Positions 55,167-64,000 of a stretch of DNA of 64,000 nucleotides are shown piece by piece; position 1 is the first letter of the stretch; each line of letters starts with the position of its first letter. The notes below the pieces were generated by a model. The model saw only the letters and a list, made by a program, of their open reading frames with translations, was not told where the DNA came from and made no database searches. Both the position numbers and the translations under genes were made by a program. The stretch comes from Octopus sinensis (lineage: Eukaryota), in contig NC_043002.1 in assembly GCF_006345805.1 (NCBI RefSeq), positions 12,276,001 through 12,340,000 on the forward strand, in the 5' to 3' direction.

Positions 55167-55350
55167 GTGGCTACCGAATAATTGTTACATATTACATTTA
55201 CAGATAAATTCCTCTATGTATGTAATATCGAGGTCTCTTTCATTCTTTTGTTGTCTTACCATTTCTATCAATATATATATATATATATATATAAAATTTA
55301 TGAATAAATGAAAGAATGGAGTTGAACGACAAATTAACAAATTTTCTTTA

Positions 55351-55433
55351 TTTTCGACATATGTTTCGAAGGCTGCATATTCCTAATTGTAAAGGAATAA
55401 GGAGTACATTATGTCGCTTTCTCATCAGGAAAA
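55351..55433 (-). ncRNA. Type I hammerhead ribozyme motif, canonical core
   Basis: ttttc-CTGATGA-gaa[~55 nt]ttc-GAAA-catatg-TC-gaaaa. Stem I ttttc/gaaaa, G10.1-C11.1 closing stem II, palindromic stem III ACATATGT, GUC triplet. Confidence 0.75.
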
Positions 55434-55544
55434 ACAAGGAATTTATGTCAACATCAAAATTCACAAAAACTTTTAGATGACTGCTCTCTATGAGAGCAGT
55501 CATCTAAAAGATTTTGTGAATTTTGTTTGACATAAATTCCTTGT

Positions 55545-55624
55545 TTTTCCTGATGAGAAAGCGACCATATGTACTCCTTATTCCTTACAATTGGAATATG
55601 CAGCCTTCGAACATATGTCGAAAA
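55545..55624 (+). ncRNA. Type I hammerhead motif (mirror copy, one A missing in GAAA)
   Basis: ttttc-CTGATGA-gaa...ttc-GAA-catatg-TC-gaaaa. Confidence 0.6.
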
Positions 55625-55842
55625 TAAAGAAAATTTGTTAATTTGTCGTTCAACTCCATTCTTTCATTATTCATAAATTTTATAAAAATACGCACAAATT
55701 TCCACACGAAAACACGTAGTCTCTGCCCTAGGCACGTACCTTCAACCGTGTTATTTCTGATGTGAATTTGCTACCCAGGTATCGGTTAAACGAATTATCC
55801 ATAAAAGATATTCATTTTCTACTCAAATATATATATATATAA

Positions 55843-55954
<112 letters not shown>

Positions 55955-56143
55955 TGTATTTTTACCTTGTTACAATTAACACGGGAAAAAAATAAATAGT
56001 TACCAGTGTGCAAAAGATCCCACAAGTAAAGAGGTTGTAACTCCTTGTTTTTAAAAATAGAAACTTTGGGTTTACGGAAATTTATTTCTATAATATATAA
56101 ATAAATAAATGGAGTTTAACGCAGGTGTAATTCAAATACTTTT

Positions 56144-56232
56144 ACTTCCGACACATCTTTCGAAGATATCACTAATATTATTCCAAAGGAATAAAATGGT
56201 GTAAAGGATTGTAATCTTCTCTTCAGGGAAGT
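56144..56232 (-). ncRNA. Type I hammerhead motif related to the 55351 family
   Basis: acttcc-CTGAAGA-gaagat[46 nt]atcttc-GAAA-gatgtg-TC-ggaagt. 6-bp stem I and 6-bp stem II are perfect, with a mismatch in stem III. Confidence 0.65.
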
Positions 56233-56754
56233 GAAGAAATGAAATTCTTCAATAATACATTTTAGCAGAAAATGATGGATATGTATAGTGATTTAATATA
56301 CATATAGTCATATACTTCTCATTTATTTAACTTTTCCTTAATTTATCCCTCCTCTTTCTATAGGCTACCTCTGACGTTATATCATATAACACTTTTTGAA
56401 ACAATATTAATAGCTTTCAGTATATAGGGTATTAAAAATTTCTCTCCGCAGTAAATTTTTTTCATCCTGACTCTCCAAGGTGTATTTTAAAACATATGTA
56501 TAACAGTCAATTTTTGCATTGAAAATGAAGGACGACACTTTCTCCAACTCTTATAAAGATTTTTAAAGTCTTATAAAGTCTAATATATTCTTTTGTAGTC
56601 TTATACCATCTTATAAATATTTATTTTGCAATAAAATGCTTACTGCGGAGAGACGTTTTGAACACCCTGTAGTTCTTTTATGCATGCTAGCCAGTGATAT
56701 TCTTGTAAGTTTTTTTACAATAATATACTTATATGTGTTTATATATATGTATAT

Positions 56755-56870
<116 letters not shown>

Positions 56871-56989
56871 TATATGGGTAAGAACTAAAAGTGGAAACAT
56901 ACGGAAGCACGCTTAATGATTCTTTTACATGTCTTTTACCATTTAAAATTTTTATACCTACAACCTTTGAATTGCATAAATTCGTGACC

Positions 56990-57038
56990 CCTTTTCACAT
57001 ATATGTGTTTGTGCGTGTGTGTGTGTGTGTATGTATGT

Positions 57039-57129
<91 letters not shown>

Positions 57130-57220
57130 GATAGATTGATTGATTGATTGATTGATAGATAGATAGATACATGCATATATCTAAATATATATATAGTTAT
57201 ATAAACATATATGTATAGAA

Positions 57221-57262
<42 letters not shown>

Positions 57263-57398
57263 TGATTGATTGATTGATTGATTGATTAATTGATTGATTG
57301 ATAGATAGATAGATAGATACATACATACATACATACATACATACATACATACATAGATCTAAATATATATATAGTTATATAAACATGCATGCATAGAA

Positions 57399-57436
<38 letters not shown>
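56990..57436. repeat. Compound (GATA)n/(GATT)n/(CATA)n microsatellite with a ~180-bp tandem duplication
   Basis: The spacer ctaaatatatatatagttatataaaca...agaaatagatag occurs twice (about 57180 and 57360). Confidence 0.9.
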
Positions 57437-57437
<1 letters not shown>

Positions 57438-58545
57438 TGTTTCTTTATTAGCCACACAGGGCTGCACACAGATAGAACAAATTACAAGGTAGAGTTTTCT
57501 TTTGAAGGTATTAAAAAAAAAAAAAAAAAAAAAAGGAAGGGGGAGGTTCGATCAAAAGGGATCGTAATAGGAGAGAAGAGACAAAAATAAGGGGGGTTAA
57601 AAAAAAAAAAAAAAAAAAGGGGGGGGGGAGAGGAAAAAAAATGATCAATAGGGATCGTTATCACAGAACTGTCAATATGAAGTGTAAAGGGGAGGACAGG
57701 TGAGGTTTACCCGTGGAAAGAAAGCCTGCGGAAAAGACCACGGTCACCTCGGTCAATGAAGTCACATTCTATATTCTTTTTTTTTTTTTTTTTTTTTTTT
57801 TTTGCAAATAAGCAACTCTCTGTTTTCGATTTCTGGGTTCATAGGACTATGCTCAAGGTGGCTTCGTCATTCATACGTGCCATTCTTGCTACATTCACCC
57901 ATCTTTTTTTAAAACATTCGCTAGACAAAACTTGCCTCTCTACTCTCACTTTCCTTTTCAAGTGGTACTTGAAGAAGTTGATGAGAGATTGACCAGAGAG
58001 GAAAGTGTTTGTCTCCAATCCTTTCAGACGCGTCCACCAGATACATTCTTTCGCCATAGCCACAAGGATGATGAAAATAGCTCTTCCTTCCCGTTTGAAG
58101 GAAGGAGGCGTGACAATATTGACGATAGACTCAGCTGAAAACCGACTCGTCCCACACGTGACAGCAGTTGTTCGACATAAGCCCACAGGTCGGAAATTGT
58201 TGGACACTGAACGAGTGCGTGCAGAACGGTTTCGTCGCTCTGACCGCATCTCGGGCAGGCCGGCCCCGTGTTTCTCGAGCCGTGTCTGTAGAGCTTATCC
58301 CGAACGGGTAGCGCTTCTCGGTAGCACTGCCAGCCAGGGATCTCTGGAAGTTGTCCATGGGCCCTGGCCCGAAAGTCGTCCCGAACAGGCGGGTCAGGTA
58401 CTCCTCGTCGACGTCCAGGTTCGCCCCGAGCTCGTCGTCGTACCTCCCCTCCACTAAACCCCTATAGAATGCTTTGGTTGTGTTGAAGTCACTTAAGGTC
58501 GACCCAGGACGGCAGAGTTGCTTGAGAGCAACGCGACACTCGCGA
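57437..58545 (-). mobile_element. Tx1/L1-clade LINE, 5'-truncated (ORF2 C-terminus with CCHC zinc finger + 3' UTR)
   Basis: Joining frames gives FQRSLAWQCYREALPVRDKLYRHG...ACPRCGQSDETVLHALVQCPTISDLWAYV...AKECIWWTR...FKKRW. aataaa lies just before the 3' end, (GATA)n flanks both ends, and the segment is GC-rich. Confidence 0.8.
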
Positions 58546-59410
58546 GATAGATAGATAGATAGATAGGGAGAGAAAGAGAGAGAACCCTCTACTGTACGCA
58601 ATCTTAATATCAACGATCAGCTGCAAATGGCTTGTAACACCGAATTAAGGAGGCTATCAGCCAGAGACATGTTTCACCGTAATACCGCATTGGGCAGGAA
58701 CATCCTTCTAGAGTCAAAACGTGATTTCGTAATAATCTTGGAATGCAAGCTATGCACCTCACTTCTAAAATGATGGTGGGTGTTCTGATAGCTTATATCG
58801 CTTACCTCTGAGCCAGAACGGACCTGTAACCTTTTTTACGGTTTCTCATTTGGCACCAACAACAGCTGGCAGATAATCATTCTGGAAGATTGAGGTTGCA
58901 GACAATACAATATATTGGATTATGTTTGAGAGAATTCAGTTAAATTTGTTACGTAATACCTGTTGTTAGAGGATAAGATTAAGAGATTAACGAGATGCTT
59001 TGCGGCTCTGAAAGTCACGGGTTCAAATAACTCGGAGTTCAAAAATCACCATTTATACAACAGAAGTCGTTAAACTAATTTCCAAGAATATATATTATCG
59101 CTTCAAATATAGCCGCAAAATACTAACACAAATTGTTTTTGGAAAATATTAACACCTTAAGAAAGGTGTGAATATTTTCCTCTGTTACTTTCTCTAATTA
59201 TTTTCGTCGTAAAATCGAAACATATGCTACCGTTATTGTTCCTCAGCTAAAGTCAGCCTTAATCAAGCAGATCTTAAATCATGAGCTTTCCAACCATGAA
59301 CTTCCTGGAATGTTTTTGAATGTTATGGCCGCAGGACTATATAATGGAATGTGCGTGTGTATGTACATGTGTGTCTGTGTTTGTGTGTGTGTGTCTGTGT
59401 CTGTTTGTAA

Positions 59411-59950
59411 AGGCGCATTCATGGCTGTGTAGTTAACAAGCTCGCTTTGCAAGTGGTCTCAGGTTCAATTCCATTGTATGACACTTTGGGCATCTGCTTT
59501 CTCCTATGGTCTCAGACCGACCAATGACGTGTAAGGCAATTTGGTAGTTGGAAACTGCGTGGAAGTCCTGCATAGAAGAGAAGACAAATAAGGACAGACA
59601 CACGGATTAAGTCGATTACATCGACCCCAGTGCGAAACTGATACTTTATTTATCGACCTCGAAAGGATGAAAGGTCAAGTCGACCGCCACGGGATTTGAA
59701 CGACAGACGAAATACCTATTTCTTTACTACCCACAAGGGGCTAAACACAGAGGGGACAAACAAGGACAGACATAGGTATTAAGTCGATTACATCGACCCC
59801 AGTGCGTAACTGGTACTTAATTTATCGACCCCGAAAGGATGAAAGGCACAGTCGACCTCGGCGGAATTCGAACTCAGAACGTAACGGTAGACAAAATACG
59901 GTTACGCATTTCACCCGACGCGTGCTAACGTGTCTGCCAGCTCGCCGCCT
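59411..59950. mobile_element. SINE C head (59411-59572, +) abutting a SINE A dimer (59575-59950, -)
   Basis: Family-diagnostic motifs. The dimer junction cgaaatacctatttctttactacccacaagggg is the same as at 10 kb. Confidence 0.8.
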
Positions 59951-60174
59951 TATGTATTTAAGTCTGCCTTTCCCCCTCCCTCCACCGCCTTGACAGCAGG
60001 TGTTAATTTGTTTATGTCCACGTGACGTGGCGGTCCAACGAAAAGTGAACCTTAAAATAAATAGCAGATTTAATGAATAAGTACTGAGGTACACCTGCTC
60101 GATTAAACCTGTGGAACCAACGCGTATGGTTTATCAATTGGTGTTAATAGCCGTATTCCAATGACTGTAATGGT

Positions 60175-60365
60175 GTTAATATGTAAAAGATGAGGCATTA
60201 TGTACATTATTTGCATTATTTACATTTGACGGATATTTGTCCTCATCTTGTTTGTTGTTAACCCAAGGTTTCGGCTGATATACCCTCCAGCCTTTATCAG
60301 GTGCCTTGGGGAAATTTCGAACCTGGGTTCTCATTCATAAAATATTTTTCGATGCTGTTATTATA

Positions 60366-60440
<75 letters not shown>

Positions 60441-60572
60441 GAGATCACTGCCTGGAATCGAACTCGGAATCTTGCGGTTAGTAACCCGCGCTCTTAACCA
60501 CTACGCCAAGCAGTGATCTGAATAACAATAAAAAAAATAATAATAACAATAACAATAACAATAACAATGATA

Positions 60573-60626
<54 letters not shown>

Positions 60627-60680
60627 AACAAATAGGATGAGGATCCGACTAATGTAAATAAGGTAAATAATGTAAACTCA
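60175..60680 (-). mobile_element. SINE family E, second locus, again with an inverted tail arm (internally deleted)
   Basis: Head at 60440-60510 (minus: ttggcgtagtggttaagagcgcggg...gagttcgattccaggcagtgatc). Tail 60175-60355 matches 7785-7940. The right arm gcagtgatctgaataac(aat)n...gatgagga...aatgtaaataa is inverted. Confidence 0.8.
60260..60305 (-). ncRNA. Minimal hammerhead-like motif (SINE E, third copy)
   Basis: ggcac-CTGATAAA-ggctg gagggtatat cagcc-GAAA-cc-TT-gggtt. Perfect stem II, substitutions in the core and in stems I and III. Confidence 0.55.
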
Positions 60681-60924
60681 ACGTTGTCCTAAGTTGAGTA
60701 ACACAAGTGTTCGAATCAATAGGATCGCTCTTCTGCTACGTGTTTCTGTCATTAGACTGCGCCCATAATGTAGCACTGTCTTGTCGGGTTTTGGTCGAAC
60801 AAATTGACCCTAGGATTTTTTTTTCTTTATAAGCCTCATATTTATTCTATTGGCTTCTTTTGTCGACACGCGTAAAACAAACGAACGCCGGTTGTCAAGC
60901 TGCGGACGGACAAACAGAGACACG

Positions 60925-61315
60925 AAGGTATACACACGCAAACAGGCAAGGATGCACACACACATGCACGTACATACACACACATACGCACACACACAAA
61001 CACTGGCGCACGCACACACATGAAGAGAGATACACGCTCACACACATAAACACAGGTGCACGCCCGCACAAACACATAGACACAGGCGCACATACATACA
61101 CACATAAACACAGGCGCACAATCACACACACATAAACACACGCACACACACCTAAAAACACAGGCGCACACACACATACATATACGCAAACGCACGCACA
61201 CACAAATAAACACAGGCGCACGCGCGCATGCACATACACACACACACAAAACACACGCACACGCGCACACACACATAAACACAGGCGCACGCTGGCACAC
61301 ACACACACACACTTG
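60925..61315. repeat. CA-rich minisatellite with recurring unit (ca)n-taaacacaggcgca
   Basis: The anchor aaacacagg(c/t)gca recurs about 7 times with variable (CA)n spacers. Confidence 0.75.
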
Positions 61316-61389
61316 CATATTATCAAATAAACACGAACAGCAACAAAAGAAGATAAAATAATGCGCCATGATTGTTTCCAAAGTTTGGT

Positions 61390-61895
61390 GACCTCCGCTA
61401 CCAGAAGAGTTAACAGATTGCTTCGACGCATTTCTTCCAGTTTTACATTCTAAATTCAAGTGAGGCGGAGGTCGACTTTGCATTCCATCCTATCGGAAGC
61501 GATAAAAGAAGTACCAATTAACTATTAGTTTTGTTCTACCCGAGTAGCCCCCAACCCGTAAACATTTCAGGCTTTGTGCCTGTAGCAGAAGGGACAATGC
61601 TCTTCAGAAGTAATGCATACTTCATCCACAAGGAATATTTTGTTCTTTACGTAAAGTTAATATGTTCTCAGAATGATGATGTATTTGATTCAAAATCTGG
61701 CACCAAGCCAGCAATTTCAGGGCAGGGGTATGTCGATAACATCGACCCCAGTGTTCAACTGGTACTCATTTTATCGACCTCGAAACGGATGAATGACAAA
61801 TTCGACATCGGTAAAATTTGAACTCAGAACGTAAAGACGGACGAAATGCCGCTAAGCATTTGGCTCTGAATGTTAACAATTTTGCTAGCTCGTCG
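61390..61895. mobile_element. Two degenerate SINE family A copies (61390-61600 +, 61700-61895 -)
   Basis: gtcgactttgcattccatcc...atttcaggctttgtgcctgtagcagaa, and the reverse-complement copy atcgaccccagtg...ttgaactcagaacgtaaagacggacgaaatgccgctaagc. Confidence 0.65.
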
Positions 61896-62559
61896 CATTA
61901 GTATGATGAAATATTACCAATATTTTGGTTCCTCGTTGATTTCCGAACTATCATTTTAAGCTGTTTTTAGATGAAATTCATTTTCAGTGCGAATTATCTG
62001 TTTTATTTTTGTTTAATATCGTCAATCCAGCTTAGTAACGCGCTGCAATCTTTGCAAAATTCAACGGTTAGGTTTTCAAATATTTTTCTATCATTCTTTC
62101 ATTTCCGGTTTACGTCTACTTTTGTACTTAGCGTTCTGTTTATCACAAAGGTTTATTTATTTTTTTAATCTCAAACTCTAACACTCATTACTTAGCGGTT
62201 CGGCAAAAGGGCCCTACAGAATAACTACGAGAATTGATAAATACAAATGAGAGATGGTCTTTATTTATTCAGCCAAAAAGCCTTCAAAGTTGGTTCGGTG
62301 ACCCAGCATGACTAGAGTCCAATGAATGAAACATGTAAAAGATAACAGATATCCAAAAGACGTGGTAATCACAGCTGGAACGCTTTTGATCAAAGTTTTG
62401 CTTCATCAGAATTTGACTTAGCGTTAAACACAACCGATAAAAAAAATTCTTTTAAAACGAAAAGAAAAAAAAAGGAAATTCAGTTATGTAGCAATATCAA
62501 AAAAAAAAGTTCCTTCATCTTTTCTCATGGAACCTGCTGCATGAGAATCTTCCATCTTC

Positions 62560-63383
62560 AACCAACTTGTTTCGACGATGTTTTCCTTACACCATTACCC
62601 TTCCGTCCTTCCATCCTTCCTTCCTTTCTTCCTTTCTCTCTATCACCCTTTACTCTCCTTCTATCTTAGATTTGCTTCTATCTTATTACTTTCAACTTCC
62701 AAGTTACGTTCTTCACTCCTATCTATTTGCTCCACTTCTTTACGTTATCACTTCAAGCTTTATTTTGGTCCTTTTAAACATATTTTCTTTTGTCTTTCTT
62801 CTCTTTAACCTTGCTCCTATTCATATCTTCCTCTACTGCTATCTTGTTCCATCCATATCTTCCTGTATTCATATCTCCTTCCATCCATATCTTCATATAT
62901 CCACAACTTCCTGTATTCACATCTAGTCTTCATTTCCTTCTTACTACTTCATCGTCTTTGTTTCATTCAATTGTTTTCGTTTTCTTTACTCTTTCATTCT
63001 TTCTTTCTTTCCTTCCTTCTTTCTACATCATATCTTCCATCTCAGTTTTTCTCTTACCCTTTTATCTCTCAATTTTCCCTCAATTTTTTTTTTGTCTTCT
63101 TTTCTTCCCAATTCTGATCGTTCTGCTTTATTTCCCGCTTGTCCTTCCATACCTCCTATTCTCTTCCAATAGTCTATACAAATCTCTGTTGCTTTCTATG
63201 TGCCACCGTAACATTATTCATACCTCAGCCCTCACCCTATTATCTCTCTCTCTCTCTCTTTAACATTGCCCCTCTCCCTTTCTTTAACTTCATCTCTCTC
63301 TCTTTAACATTGCTCCTCTCTCTTTCTTTACTTCATCTCTCTTTCTTTCTCTTTTTAACTTAATCTTTCTTTCTTTCTTTCTT

Positions 63384-63442
<59 letters not shown>

Positions 63443-63600
63443 ATCTATCTATCTACCTATCTTTCGCTTCATCTCTCTTGCATTCATTTCTTTTGTGTTT
63501 TTGCTTCATCTCTCTTTCTCATCTCGTTCTGTCACTTCTTCTCTCTGTCTTCTCTCGCTTACTCTCTTTCTCTCTCTCTGTCCCTCTTTCACTCATTCAT
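62560..63600 (+). repeat. ~1-kb polypyrimidine (TC-rich) low-complexity tract
   Basis: Strong C/T skew on the + strand, grading into (TC)n and (TTTC)n. Confidence 0.85.
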
Positions 63601-64000
63601 TCTCCATTACACCATAGAGCAAACAGTCAACCAGGCATGACCAGCCACGACCAGCCACGACCAGCCATGACAGGTCTAACGCACGCTTACACACAAAAAC
63701 ACACACACTCTCTCTCTCTCTCTCTCTCGCAAATAGCCTTACCATCGCACTCACACACACAGCCACCGCCACCCTGGGGCACCATACTGCCACGCTGCCA
63801 ATCAACTCCTTCATCAATCGCACTACTTTGCAGTCTAGTGTTGAACTGTGTTATCGCCAGATCGATTGAACGACAATCAATTAGATACACATCGGGTCAT
63901 CAACAACAACGACAACAACAACAACAACAACAACAATAACAACAACAGCAACAACAACGACCACAACGACCACAGCACAAACTGTTTCTAAACAGCAACA

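Larger units (their letters stand above)
55001..55272. mobile_element. Fold-back element with two divergently oriented hammerhead-like motifs (probable PLE-derived)
   Basis: 55001-55098 and 55108-55205 are reverse complements. A unique extension 55206-55272 runs into (TA)n. Related copy at 21 kb. Confidence 0.75.
55290..55684. mobile_element. ~395-bp near-perfect palindrome with two hammerhead motifs
   Basis: Arms meet at gatgactgctctc-tat-gagagcagtcatc (centre 55489-55491). The arms differ mainly by single-base indels. Confidence 0.85.

Noticed and set aside
58005-58613. GC-rich 150-160-aa ORFs as a host gene exon
   Set aside because: Frame-joined minus-strand translation gives a retrotransposon CCHC (zf-RVT-like) C-terminus with a LINE-type 3' end. 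The plus-strand ORF is its antisense shadow.

Overview
AT-rich (roughly 35% GC by eye) animal genomic DNA with no recognisable host protein-coding exon, and no functional rRNA, tRNA or CRISPR locus. The window is almost entirely repeats: very long di-, tri- and tetranucleotide microsatellites, four tRNA-headed SINE families (called A, B, C and E here), CR1-, R4/Dong-, RTE- and Tx1/L1-clade LINE fragments, and decayed Tc1, mariner and maT (DD37D) transposons. This repertoire, including a CORE-like SINE reminiscent of octopus OR2, suggests an Octopus genome (inference). The main signal outside the ORF track is about 11 minimal type I hammerhead-ribozyme-like motifs of the Penelope-like-element (PLE) type, from about 5 sequence families. 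Most sit inside fold-back (inverted-repeat) elements. They include two adjacent double-hammerhead palindromes at 55.0-55.7 kb and a tRNA-headed SINE that carries a hammerhead and sits as an inverted-arm unit between target-site-duplication (TSD)-like repeats. The window also shows candidate SINE/LINE partnerships through shared 3' tails (SINE C with CR1, SINE A with Tx1), a 5S rRNA head fused to the CR1-type SINE tail, and LINEs associated with specific microsatellites (R4/Dong with (TAA)n, Tx1 with (GATA)n). All alignments and folds were done by eye. Element boundaries are approximate (about +/-10-20 bp unless a TSD is quoted). Frequent single-base indels in microsatellites suggest assembly errors, so some frameshifts and ribozyme-core lesions may be artefacts.
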